From: Candidatus Multivorans sp.
GTDB lineage: Bacteria; Acidobacteriota; Thermoanaerobaculia; Multivoradales; Multivoraceae
Assembly: GCA_965247095.1 (NCBI GenBank)
Contig: OZ251997.1
Span: forward strand, 1 to 64,000
Direction: 5' to 3'
Length of the DNA stretch: 64,000 nt
Shown in pieces: positions 50,690 through 60,450 of this stretch. The translations under genes were made by a program, and so were the position numbers. Each line of letters opens with the position of its first letter. The first letter of the stretch is position 1. The notes below the pieces were generated by a model, which was not told the DNA's origin, made no database searches, and saw nothing but the letters and a program-made list of their open reading frames with translations.

Positions 50690-52107
50690 TGCGAACAGGG
50701 GCCGCGAAGACCCCCGCGCCGCAGGCTGAGCCTTCGTCCTTCCGCGACCCGGCGGGTCAGGTGATCGAGGGCCGGGACGGCCGCGTCTTCCGGAGCGTCG
50801 CTCCGGCAGCGGTTGAGGAGTACCGCTACGTGCGGAGCTGTGGCCTCGTCGATGCCCTGGTCGTCGAGGGGGCGCTGGTGGCGGCGGAGGAGGTCGATCC
50901 GGTCGAAGCCGGCGTCCTGCCGCCGCCGGGGGGCCTGGTCCTGGAGCATCCCCGGTTGCCGTTCATCTCGTACCCGTACGAGTGGCCCTTTTCGCTTCTG
51001 AAGGCGGCGGCGCTTCACCATCTGGAAATGCAGATCCGGCTGCTCGACAGAGGCGTCTCGCTTTCCGACGCCAGCGCCTACAACGTCCAGTTCAAGGGCG
51101 CCAAGCCGGTCTTCATCGACTGGCTGTCGCTGCGGCGTTACCGCGAGGGCGAGTATTGGCAGGGGCACTCCCAGTTCTGTGAGCAGTTCCTCAACCCTCT
51201 GCTACTGGCGGCGAAGCTCGGCGCCCCGCACAACGCGTGGTACCGCGGGATGCAGGAGGGGATCCCCGCCCGGGAACTGGCGGCTCTGTTGCCGGGTCGG
51301 ATGCGCTGGTCGCCGAGGATGCAGGCCCACGTTCTGCTGCCGCTCCGCTTCGAACGGCGTGCCGGCTCGCGGAGCGAGGCAGCGGAGCGGACAGAGCGAC
51401 GGCCCCTGCCGCGTAACGCCTATCGCGGTCTCTTGGCCCAGCTCCGGCGCTGGATCAAGAAGCTCGAGCCCAAGGGCACGGACACGACCTGGAGCGACTA
51501 CTCGTCGTTGACCAGCTACGACACGGGCGAAGCTTCCCGCAAGGCCGAATCGGTGCGTGCCTTCATCGCCGAGGCGCCGCCGGAGCAGCTCTGGGATCTC
51601 GGTTGCAACACGGGCGAGTTCTCCGCGATTGCGCTCGAAGGTGGCGCCCGCGACGTGATTGGTTTCGACGCGGACTTCGGTGCGCTGGAGAGCGCGTGCG
51701 CGCGCGCCCGGTCCGATCGGTTGCGCTTTCTGCCGCTGTATCAGGATCTGGCCAACCCCTCGCCGGATCAGGGTTGGTCGCAAGTAGAACGCCGTTCGCT
51801 GGGGCGCCGCTCCCGCAGCGCGGATGCCCTGGTGGCGCTGGCCGTGATCCACCATCTGGCGATCGGCCGCAACGTGCCGCTGCCCCGGATCGCCGCCTGG
51901 CTCGTCTCCCTCGCGCCGCGCGGACTCGTCGAGTTCGTTCCCCAGGGCGACCCGCGGGTCGACGATCTGCTCACCCTGCGCGGCGACCGCTTCGCCGACT
52001 ACACGCCGGAGGCGTGGGAGGCGGCTCTTGAACCTTACGCGGCGATTCGCCGCACCGAGACCGTCTCGGCCAGCGGGCGCAGGTTGTACACGTACGAGCG
52101 GAGATGA
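50689..52107 (+). CDS. NoeA-like SAM-dependent methyltransferase with kinase-like N-terminal domain
   Basis: SFRDP, ISYPYEW, DASAYNVQF, FID, QFCEQFLNPL, WDLGCNTG.FS, DL.NPSP..GW, ALAVIHHL. Confidence 0.85.
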   Translation: MRTGAAKTPAPQAEPSSFRDPAGQVIEGRDGRVFRSVAPAAVEEYRYVRSCGLVDALVVEGALVAAEEVDPVEAGVLPPPGGLVLEHPRLPFISYPYEWPFSLLKAAALHHLEMQIRLLDRGVSLSDASAYNVQFKGAKPVFIDWLSLRRYREGEYWQGHSQFCEQFLNPLLLAAKLGAPHNAWYRGMQEGIPARELAALLPGRMRWSPRMQAHVLLPLRFERRAGSRSEAAERTERRPLPRNAYRGLLAQLRRWIKKLEPKGTDTTWSDYSSLTSYDTGEASRKAESVRAFIAEAPPEQLWDLGCNTGEFSAIALEGGARDVIGFDADFGALESACARARSDRLRFLPLYQDLANPSPDQGWSQVERRSLGRRSRSADALVALAVIHHLAIGRNVPLPRIAAWLVSLAPRGLVEFVPQGDPRVDDLLTLRGDRFADYTPEAWEAALEPYAAIRRTETVSASGRRLYTYERR

Positions 52108-52150
52108 GGCGGGGCGCTAGCCTCCGGTCGCGGTCGGTCTGGAGCGCCTG

Positions 52151-55100
52151 CTAAGGGTTTTCCGGCTCGGACGGCGCCGGCTGCAGTTCAACGACCAGGC
52201 CGATCTGGCGTTGACCGGGAGCAATGCTGAGGGGGAGCAGAGCGCCCGCGTACCCGTCGCGGGTGACCCACAGTTGCTCGACGTTTGGGCCCATTTTGAG
52301 TTCGAACCTGCCTCCGTCGTAGCTGGACGTGTTCCCGGCCGTCCCAAGTGCCAGTGCCGCCGTGTTGTCCTCCCTCACCAACGCGGCGATCTGGGCAGCG
52401 TCGCCGGCCCACAACCAGGCGCCCGCAAGCGGTTGACGGGTGGTGCCATCGACGACGACGCCGACGAGAGTTGCCGGGGGCTGGAGATCGATGCGGAGAC
52501 CTTCCTGGTCGGTTTGCAGGTCGATGGAGCGGCTCTCCGTGCCGCCGGTTGGTTGCTGAATCCTCAACTGGTAGGCGCCGGGTTCCAGGCCCTCGATCTC
52601 GAACTCGCCCCGGTGATCGGTTTGCGTCCATCGAAGCTCCTCGCTCCCAGGCTGAACGGTGCCCAGGTATCCACCGATCAGCGGCTCGCCGGCCGCCAGG
52701 ACCTGACCGCTCAGGCGGAGGCCGCGCTCGAAAGGAAGCTCGACGAACACATCCGCGGTGCTGCTTCGGATCGTCACGGAACGCTCCACGGATCGCGCGC
52801 CAAAGCCGTCACCCCGCCTTGCCGCGATCTTCCATTCGCCCTGAGCCAGGTTTTCGAAGGCGAAGGCGCCCTCTGGATCCGGCGCCGTGACTTGCCACTC
52901 GGCGTTCCTCGTGGCGCTGATCTCGACATTGGCCAGATCGGTCGAGTCCAGTCCGGTGACGGCGCCGGTGATCGAGCCGCCGGGTTCCAGCACGATGTCC
53001 ACGCCGTCCACGGACTGCCCGTCGATCTCGATCGGCTGGTCGGGACCGTTCGCCGCGAAACCAGGGGCGCTGGCGGCGAGGAAGTACTTGCCGGGTTCCA
53101 GGCCGGTGAGCTGGAATTGTCCGTTGCGGTCGGAGACCGTCTCTGTCGGCGGGTTGAGGTAGCGGCGGTAGGCGGCAGGCATGTTCAGCGAGTCTTCGCC
53201 TTGGGCTTTGACGGTCGCCAGAGCCAGTGGGGCGCCGTCTGCCGACCGGACGGAGCCTCGAATGGTTCCGCCGGGGCCTAGCTGGATAACGAGTTCGTTG
53301 CTGCCGGGTTCGAGGACCAACTGCGTCGATTCATCCTGGTACAGCTCGTGCTCGACTGTGACCAGCGCGGTGCCGGGGGTAACCCCGATCTGCGCCCGGC
53401 CGCTGGCATCGGTGGTGCCGTACCCGGTCGATGAGAAGGCGCCCTCAGGCCTGACTCGAATCCTCGCGCCGGCCACCGGTTCGCTCAACTGTGTCGAGAC
53501 GACGACCGTCAGTTGATCCTGAGTCTGCAACTGCAGGTCGATCTCGCGCTGCGTTCCCGGCTGCAGCTCGATTCCGTCGGCCTTGGCTGTCGCCTGTCCC
53601 TCGGTGGCTTCAAGCGACCAGATTCCCGGGCCGACGTGCTCGAAGCGGAACCGTCCGTCGCCGTCGGCTCGCTTGCGGAGGTCCCGCGCGTCAACGCCTA
53701 GCCTCAGAGTGAAGTCGTCGGGCTCCAGTCGTACGGACGCGCCGGCAGCGGGCCTTCCATCGGTGTCCACGACCCGGCCGGTGAGCAAGGCGCCGGTCTT
53801 CAACTCGATCACGATCGGTTCTTCCGTCCCCGGTCGCGCTCCACGCAGCAAACGGGACGTGTAGCCGTCCGCGCGGACCTGGAGGTCGATGAGCTCGTGC
53901 GGAAGCCCGGTGAGTTGGAAGGCGCCATCGGCGTCCGATGTGGCGGTGCGCTCCTGGTCCCGGTCCATCAAGCCGAGATACCGGGCGCGTATCGTGGCGC
54001 CGGCCACCGGCTCACGTACCGGATTGGTGACCAGGCCGTGGATCTTCGCGCCGGCCACCAGGGTGAAGACGCCCAGATCGATGTCTCCCTCACCGCCCGG
54101 CACTTCGGCTCTCGGGTTCCCGTGCCTCACGTACTCGGCGTGCGATACCAGAACTTCGTACTCGCCGGCGCTGACCGCCGGGAAGCTGAACTCCCCCCGT
54201 TCGTCCGTCGCGGTGGGTTCGGTCGCGTCAAGACGGTCGCGGAGGAGAAACCTCTCGGTGTCCGCCGACCAGCGCAGCTTGACCTCCGCGCCGGCTACCG
54301 GGCCGCCGTCGGTGTCGACCACTCTGCCCCAGGCCTTGCGACCCTTGGTCAGCACGATCCGAACGGGGTCGGCTGCAACGCCGGGTTCGAAGGGCGGCAC
54401 GTCGACGACCGTGCTCGGAAACCCCTGAGCTTGGGCGGTGAGGCGGTAGGGGCTGCCGTACACGAGATCGGGTAGCCGGAAGGAACCGTCGGCGGCCGAC
54501 GTTGCTCGTTGCGGGCGAAACGACCGCATAGCGGCGCGGGTCCCGAGATTGCGCGGTTCGGCCCAGACGTTTGCGCCGGCAACGGGTTGATCGTAGGCGT
54601 CCGTGACCAGGCCGGCGATGGGCGCCGCGGGTCTCAGGGCGACAGACACTTCGGCCGGGCCGGCGCGCTCCGGCGCCTGGCTGTTGACCCACGCGGACAC
54701 GTAGCCCGCGGCAATGACCTGAACGCGCGTCGCGCCTCGCGCGCGCCGGGTGGTCAGGTCGAAGACGCCGTTTGGGTCGCTCCGCGCGTTGTGCCCGGGG
54801 GAAGCCGAAGCCCAGGCCGCGGCGCCTTCGATCGGAAAGCCCGACGCGGCGTCGACCACGCGGCCTGGAATCCGGAGCGGGTCTTCGAGCCGCACGTCGA
54901 CGATCGGTTCGCCGGTGGCCGGGTCGGCCGTGACCTTCGCCGTGGGCGTACTCCTGGCGAGAGCGTGGTCCGCGCGTTCGAGTTCGTACTCTGTTGAAGC
55001 GTCGGCGACGCGCCCGACGACGGCTGCGCCGGAGTCGTCGGTCACTGCCAGCGGCACGCTGGAGGCGCCGCTGGTACGGATCAGGACCCAGGGTGCGGGT

Positions 55101-55843
55101 TCGCCGTCGGGACCGCGGACTCGAAACCGGACTCCGGCCGTACGGTCGAGACGGAAGGCGGTTCGCCCCGACGCCGTTGTGGCTCTGGCCACGCCGAACC
55201 CGGGCGCGGAAACGGCGATCCTGGCCTCCGCGGTCGGCATCAGGAACCGGACGATGCCCGTGGCATCCGTCGTCGCGGCCGCGCGATGGAATCGGGGATA
55301 GAGCCGCTCCGGCTGTTCGTGCGACGCCACACGCGTACGGCGCTCAGACCTTGCCGCCGTGGGAACAGCGATGACCCGTGCGCCCTCTACCGGTTGATCG
55401 TCCGTGTCCAGCACGCGGACCGCCACGCCGTAGCGGTCGGGCAGCTCGTTGGGCTCAAGAACTCGGGACACCTGGAGCGGCACCAGATCCCCGTAGACCT
55501 TGGGCAGCACGGCGCCGGGCTGGTCGGCGGGCACCGAAGGCCGGATCTCGAAACGGTACGGCCCGGGGAGTGGGGCCGACAGCGAGAAGGCGCCGTCCGG
55601 GCCGGAGTGGGCGCGGTCCACGGCCTCCGGCAGGGCGTCCGCTATGCCCAGGAGGTCGAGGTCGACCTCATACTGGCTCGGATAGGGCCGGAGGACGACT
55701 TCGACACCGGCAGCAGGCGCGCCGCGTTCGTCGACGAGGGTGCCCGAGACGACGAGCGGGTCGCCGACAGGCTGGGCCGAGACGCCGCTCGCGGCGAGGG
55801 CAGCGAGGGTGGCAAGGCCGAGACACAGCAGGAGTTCGCGCAT
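52151..55843 (-). CDS. Giant secreted carboxypeptidase-regulatory-like repeat protein (1230 aa)
   Basis: Signal peptide; more than ten modules of about 95-100 aa with pattern G.V.D..G.PVAGA.V...TD..G.F....L..G.Y. Confidence 0.88.
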   Translation of the reverse strand: MRELLLCLGLATLAALAASGVSAQPVGDPLVVSGTLVDERGAPAAGVEVVLRPYPSQYEVDLDLLGIADALPEAVDRAHSGPDGAFSLSAPLPGPYRFEIRPSVPADQPGAVLPKVYGDLVPLQVSRVLEPNELPDRYGVAVRVLDTDDQPVEGARVIAVPTAARSERRTRVASHEQPERLYPRFHRAAATTDATGIVRFLMPTAEARIAVSAPGFGVARATTASGRTAFRLDRTAGVRFRVRGPDGEPAPWVLIRTSGASSVPLAVTDDSGAAVVGRVADASTEYELERADHALARSTPTAKVTADPATGEPIVDVRLEDPLRIPGRVVDAASGFPIEGAAAWASASPGHNARSDPNGVFDLTTRRARGATRVQVIAAGYVSAWVNSQAPERAGPAEVSVALRPAAPIAGLVTDAYDQPVAGANVWAEPRNLGTRAAMRSFRPQRATSAADGSFRLPDLVYGSPYRLTAQAQGFPSTVVDVPPFEPGVAADPVRIVLTKGRKAWGRVVDTDGGPVAGAEVKLRWSADTERFLLRDRLDATEPTATDERGEFSFPAVSAGEYEVLVSHAEYVRHGNPRAEVPGGEGDIDLGVFTLVAGAKIHGLVTNPVREPVAGATIRARYLGLMDRDQERTATSDADGAFQLTGLPHELIDLQVRADGYTSRLLRGARPGTEEPIVIELKTGALLTGRVVDTDGRPAAGASVRLEPDDFTLRLGVDARDLRKRADGDGRFRFEHVGPGIWSLEATEGQATAKADGIELQPGTQREIDLQLQTQDQLTVVVSTQLSEPVAGARIRVRPEGAFSSTGYGTTDASGRAQIGVTPGTALVTVEHELYQDESTQLVLEPGSNELVIQLGPGGTIRGSVRSADGAPLALATVKAQGEDSLNMPAAYRRYLNPPTETVSDRNGQFQLTGLEPGKYFLAASAPGFAANGPDQPIEIDGQSVDGVDIVLEPGGSITGAVTGLDSTDLANVEISATRNAEWQVTAPDPEGAFAFENLAQGEWKIAARRGDGFGARSVERSVTIRSSTADVFVELPFERGLRLSGQVLAAGEPLIGGYLGTVQPGSEELRWTQTDHRGEFEIEGLEPGAYQLRIQQPTGGTESRSIDLQTDQEGLRIDLQPPATLVGVVVDGTTRQPLAGAWLWAGDAAQIAALVREDNTAALALGTAGNTSSYDGGRFELKMGPNVEQLWVTRDGYAGALLPLSIAPGQRQIGLVVELQPAPSEPENP

Positions 55844-55896
55844 GCCTCGAGTCGCCTCGAGTTCTTGTCGGGACGTTTGGGTCGTTGGACCGCAGC

Positions 55897-58800
55897 CTAC
55901 CGGTTCGGCGACTCTGGCGCGGCGGGTTGCAGTCGGATCACCAGCCCCTCGACTTGCTCACCCGGTGCGATGTTCAGGGGAATCTGAGTACTCTCGTACC
56001 CGTCGCTAGTCACTCGCACGTGGTCGGCGTTCTCGCGTAGCTCGAGCTTGAACCTGCCCGCGCCTAGAGCGAAAACGGAACTGACGCCGACGAGTGGGCC
56101 GTCACCGTCCCCGCCCGCCGCGATGATGGCAATCGTCGCGGCGTCGGCGGCCATCAGATTGGCCCGGCCGAGCGGCTGGCCGGTCTCGGCGTCGACGACG
56201 ACGCCGGCGACGGTGGCCGCGGCCGGTTTCAGTTCGATGCGGACGCCTTCCATATCGGCCTGCAGATCGATCGACTGGTACTGGGTGCCACTGAAGTCCG
56301 GCCGGCTGATGACCACCTGATTCGGGCCGGGGTTGAGTCCCTCCAGGGCGAAGCGGCCTTCGTGGTCGGCCCGCGTGGACTGCTCTTCTACCGACAGCCG
56401 CGCGCCGCTAAGCGGCGCACCGTTCTCGACCACTTGCCCGGACAGGCGAAGGCCGCGCTCGAAGGGCAACTCGACGAAGACCTCGGTCGTACCCTGCTCG
56501 ATCGTCACGGTCCGTTCGACAGTGCGCTCCCAGTTGCCCTTGATTGCTCTGACGTCCCATGTCCCCGGGCCGATTCCCTGCACGGAGAAGTTCCCCTCGG
56601 TGTCCGTCGTGGCGTCGCGGGAGCGGGGCCCCTTCCGGGCGTACACCCGCATCTGGGTCAGATCGGACGGCGACAGCCCGGTCACGACGCCGGCAATCGA
56701 GGCTTCCGGCTCCAACACGATCTCGATGCCTCCGACGGCGTCGTCATCGATCTCGATCGGCTCGTCCGGGCCGCCGTCGGCGTAGCCCGGCGATCGGGCG
56801 GTGACGATGTAGCGACGTGGTTCGAGCCCAGTGATGCGAAAGGCGCCGTTCTGATCGGAGACGGTGTTCGTGCGGTGAGACTCGGCATCGAACTCGTACT
56901 CGGTTTCGGCCGCCACGGTTGCCAGGGCAAGAGGGGCGCCGTCGTACGAGCGGACCGTGCCGCGGATCTCCGCGCCGGGCCGCAGTTCGAACCGTGCTTC
57001 GTTTTCGCCCGGCTCGAGTTCGACCTTCCGTGACGCGTCACGGAGCTTCTCGTGACTGACCTTGATCGTGGCAGCTCCCGGAGTGATGTCCGTGATCGAC
57101 TGGCCACTGCCGTCTGTCCATCCGTAGCCGCTCGGAAGGCGCTCGCCTGGGGACTCGATGGTGATCTGCGCGTTGGCCACCGGTTCGCCGACATTGGTCG
57201 TGACGATGACGGTCAATCTGTCTCTAGCCCGCAGCAGGAGTTCGATGTCCCGTTGAGCGCCCGGTGTCAGTTCGATCCCGTCGAGCTTGGCTCCCTCCGT
57301 TCCCTTTCGTGCCTCTGCCGACCAGGTGCCCGGTACGAGGCTGTTGAAACGGAACCGGCCTTCGGCGCCAGTCAGCGCGCGGGGAAACGTGTCTTGCGAC
57401 CCCCACAGGCGCAAACCTCCGCCGGCACGATAGTCGCGCTTGATCCTGAGTCGTACCGGGATGCCTGCGACGCCGTTGCCGCCGTTGTCGAGCACGCGAC
57501 CGGTAACGGAGGCGCCGGGCTTGAGCTCGATCAGGACCGGTTCGGCATTGTCTGTGCGCACACCGGCCCGAACGAGCAACGGGTAACCGGGCGCCCGCAC
57601 GCCGATGTCGGCAAGTTCGGCTGAGAGTCCGTCGAGCCGAAAGTGGCCGTCCGAGTCGGTCCTGGCCGTTCTCGGTGCGGATGGGTCGGCGCGATTCTGT
57701 CCTCGGGCCTGAATGGTCGCCCCCGCTACCGGTTCCCCCTCGGCGCCGGTGACCACGCCGTGGATCGTCGCTCCGGCGACCAGGGTGAGGTCACCGAGGT
57801 CGAAGTCCGATTCGTCGACCGGCACTTCAACCTGGACGGGAGGCCGGCTTGCGTATTCGGCGTGAGTCACGCGCAACTCGTACTCGCCTGGAGCCGCGGC
57901 GGGGAACACGAAGGTGCCGTCTTCGTCGGTGGTCGAAGCCGTGGCTGGAGCGTCAAAGCCCGACCGGAACTCGGAGGGATCCAGGGGCCAGAGCAGCGTG
58001 ACTTGAGCGGCTGCAACGCGGTTCCCTTCGGTATCGACGACTGCGCCGAGGACGCGCCGCCCCTTCTCCAGCACCAGGTGGACGGGCTCCGTGGTCAGGC
58101 CCGGCTCGAGCGGCGGCAGGTCGAGAAGGGTGTTCGCGAAGCCCGGCGCGCGGGCAGTCAAACGATAGGCGTGGCCGTAGGGCGCGTTCTCCACTTCAAA
58201 GGAACCGTCCGGAGCTGAGGTCACCGGCCCCGACGTCATCATCAAGATGGCCGCGACCCCGAAACCGCGGGGCACGGCCCGGATCTTCGCTCCGGCAACG
58301 GGTTGACCGGAGCCGTCTGTGACGACAGCGCGAATGGGTGCCGCAGGCGTCAGGCCGATCCTCACTTCGTCAGGGTTCGAAGCCTCTGAGGCGGGGATGT
58401 CGGTCGTCTCGGGGAGGTAGCCGTCGGCCGTCACCTGCAGGCGTGTTGCCGTCTGGGGTGGGGTGGTGTTGAGGTCGAAGACGCCGCTTGGGTCGGCGTA
58501 GACGTTGTGACCGGGGTGGCGCACTACCCAGACCGCCGCGCCGTCGACCGGCAGGCCCGACGCGATATCGACGACTCGGCCGGGAATCCGGAACGGGGCT
58601 TCGAGTCGGACATCGACGATCTGCTCTCCGGAGGCCGAATTCGCGGGAGCCGGGACCGGGGGCGAAACCTGAGCGGATGCGTGGTCGCCCCCTTCGAGGA
58701 CCCAGGTGGCCTCCGAGGCGCCGGCCCTGCTGACGACAGCCTCGCCGTTGTCGTCGGTCAGGCCCAAGGGCGTGTTGGGAGTTCCGAGAGCGCCGGCGGT

Positions 58801-59685
58801 GCCGAGCATGCTGAGGGCGCTGGCGGCGTCGGTAGGGGGCGTTGGGTCGGGTGTGCGGATCAGGACCCCCGGTGCCGGTAGGCCGTTGGGCCCGCGGACA
58901 CGAAGTCGGATGCCGGGGTCGCGCTCCAGGCGAAACGCGGTCCGGCCGGATGCCGTCTTGGCCTTGCCTTGAACGAATCCCGGTGCCGAGACGAGGACAT
59001 TGGCGTTCTCCGTCGGCATCAGGAAGCGGGCGATCCCCTCGGAGTCGGTGCGAGTGGCGGACGGGTGGTAGGAGGGGAGCACCTGCTGCGTTTGCGGGGG
59101 CGTGAAGTTCCCGGCCTGCACATCGCGGACCATCCGGGTGAGCCCTCTCAGGTAGCGCGGCGATACCCAGACGGTGGGGTGCGCGATCACCAGTGCGCCC
59201 TCTACAGGCCGATCGTCGGCGTCAAGCACCCGGACCGCGACCATGTGACGGTTCGGCACTTCGATCGTCTCGGCAACCTTCTGCCCCTGGAGCGGCATGA
59301 GGCTTCCGACGACGACAGGCTGCGCGCGGGCGGGCTGAGCCGCGGGCGCTGGTGGTTCGAACTCCAGCCGGTAGGGCCCGGCCAGACTCGCCGACAGGGT
59401 GTACGAGCCATCCGCATCGGAGCGCGTGCGGTCCACTTCCTCGGGCAGCGCGTCGGGCACGCCCAGAAGGTCGAGGCCGACTTCGTAGTCGCTTGGGTAG
59501 GGGCGGAGCACGACTTCGATGTCGGCGAGGGGAGCGCCGCGCTCGTCGACGAGGGTGCCGGTAACGGTGGCGGATTGGTGGGCGGCGGGCTGGGCCAGAA
59601 GGGCGCCGGCGGCAAGCCCGGCGAAGCCGAGGCACAGCAGTATTTGGGGCATACCTGACCGCAACTCTTGTTTGATGCGAGTCAT
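55897..59685 (-). CDS. Giant secreted carboxypeptidase-regulatory-like repeat protein (about 1260 aa)
   Basis: Collinear paralog of the downstream gene (VLRPYPSxYEV); alternative start ATG at 59652. Confidence 0.88.
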   Translation of the reverse strand: MTRIKQELRSGMPQILLCLGFAGLAAGALLAQPAAHQSATVTGTLVDERGAPLADIEVVLRPYPSDYEVGLDLLGVPDALPEEVDRTRSDADGSYTLSASLAGPYRLEFEPPAPAAQPARAQPVVVGSLMPLQGQKVAETIEVPNRHMVAVRVLDADDRPVEGALVIAHPTVWVSPRYLRGLTRMVRDVQAGNFTPPQTQQVLPSYHPSATRTDSEGIARFLMPTENANVLVSAPGFVQGKAKTASGRTAFRLERDPGIRLRVRGPNGLPAPGVLIRTPDPTPPTDAASALSMLGTAGALGTPNTPLGLTDDNGEAVVSRAGASEATWVLEGGDHASAQVSPPVPAPANSASGEQIVDVRLEAPFRIPGRVVDIASGLPVDGAAVWVVRHPGHNVYADPSGVFDLNTTPPQTATRLQVTADGYLPETTDIPASEASNPDEVRIGLTPAAPIRAVVTDGSGQPVAGAKIRAVPRGFGVAAILMMTSGPVTSAPDGSFEVENAPYGHAYRLTARAPGFANTLLDLPPLEPGLTTEPVHLVLEKGRRVLGAVVDTEGNRVAAAQVTLLWPLDPSEFRSGFDAPATASTTDEDGTFVFPAAAPGEYELRVTHAEYASRPPVQVEVPVDESDFDLGDLTLVAGATIHGVVTGAEGEPVAGATIQARGQNRADPSAPRTARTDSDGHFRLDGLSAELADIGVRAPGYPLLVRAGVRTDNAEPVLIELKPGASVTGRVLDNGGNGVAGIPVRLRIKRDYRAGGGLRLWGSQDTFPRALTGAEGRFRFNSLVPGTWSAEARKGTEGAKLDGIELTPGAQRDIELLLRARDRLTVIVTTNVGEPVANAQITIESPGERLPSGYGWTDGSGQSITDITPGAATIKVSHEKLRDASRKVELEPGENEARFELRPGAEIRGTVRSYDGAPLALATVAAETEYEFDAESHRTNTVSDQNGAFRITGLEPRRYIVTARSPGYADGGPDEPIEIDDDAVGGIEIVLEPEASIAGVVTGLSPSDLTQMRVYARKGPRSRDATTDTEGNFSVQGIGPGTWDVRAIKGNWERTVERTVTIEQGTTEVFVELPFERGLRLSGQVVENGAPLSGARLSVEEQSTRADHEGRFALEGLNPGPNQVVISRPDFSGTQYQSIDLQADMEGVRIELKPAAATVAGVVVDAETGQPLGRANLMAADAATIAIIAAGGDGDGPLVGVSSVFALGAGRFKLELRENADHVRVTSDGYESTQIPLNIAPGEQVEGLVIRLQPAAPESPNR

Positions 59686-59762
59686 TCCGAGAGTGTAGGT
59701 GATGGAGCTTCCATGTCCTAGCCTTCTGCTGCAACGGGACCACCGGAGCCGGGTTGTGTGGA

Positions 59763-60434
59763 ATGATTGGGTCCGTGAGACTCACAGCCGTAGGTGCGGG
59801 ACGGGGCTGCCCACGGCCGACCTTGGCGATCACCGTGGCCTTGTTGCTTGTCGGTGCCTGTTCCTGGGTCGATCCGCAGTGTTGGGCGCCGGGCTTCCGA
59901 CAGGGAGATTGGCTGGTCAACTTGACGTTGCGCTTGCAGCACTCGATGGCAGTCTGGCCTTACCGTGGCAAGACGTTTACCGAGTCCTACATGCTGATGA
60001 TCGATTCCGCCGGTGGCTTGGAGTACTCGGAAGGGTTTGCTGAGGTGGTGGTTTGCCGGCGAGTTGGCGACGAACTGCTCGGAGACTTGGCCGATGTCTG
60101 GGCGAGCCCGGCACTGGACCGCTCCAGACCGCTGTGCGAACCCGGGTACGCGTATCTTCCGTTTGGCCATGAGCACGCCTGCCGCGCAGCACAGACCGAG
60201 ATGCGGCGACGTTCCCAGGCCTATCTGCCCGCCCTGGAGATGACCTACTATGCTGAGGAAGGCCCGGTCACGGTCTCCTGGGATCTTGAGTCTCAACTGC
60301 CGGAGGAACTCGACGAAGCCGTGACTGGCATGTTGGGGCTGCTTTGCGGAGAGAGCAGGAAGCTTGCCAGGAACCTCAGCCGGAGTCTGCCGGAGCTGGC
60401 CGCAAGAGCGGGCTGCCTGAACGGTGCGGCTTGA
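59763..60434 (+). CDS. Cys-rich lipoprotein (paralog A)
   Basis: Lipobox VGAC; C-terminal WDL.S.LPE...LG.LC..S..LA..L...LP shared with the next gene. Confidence 0.65.
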   Translation: MIGSVRLTAVGAGRGCPRPTLAITVALLLVGACSWVDPQCWAPGFRQGDWLVNLTLRLQHSMAVWPYRGKTFTESYMLMIDSAGGLEYSEGFAEVVVCRRVGDELLGDLADVWASPALDRSRPLCEPGYAYLPFGHEHACRAAQTEMRRRSQAYLPALEMTYYAEEGPVTVSWDLESQLPEELDEAVTGMLGLLCGESRKLARNLSRSLPELAARAGCLNGAA

Positions 60435-60450
60435 GCTTGCTGAGCGCCGG

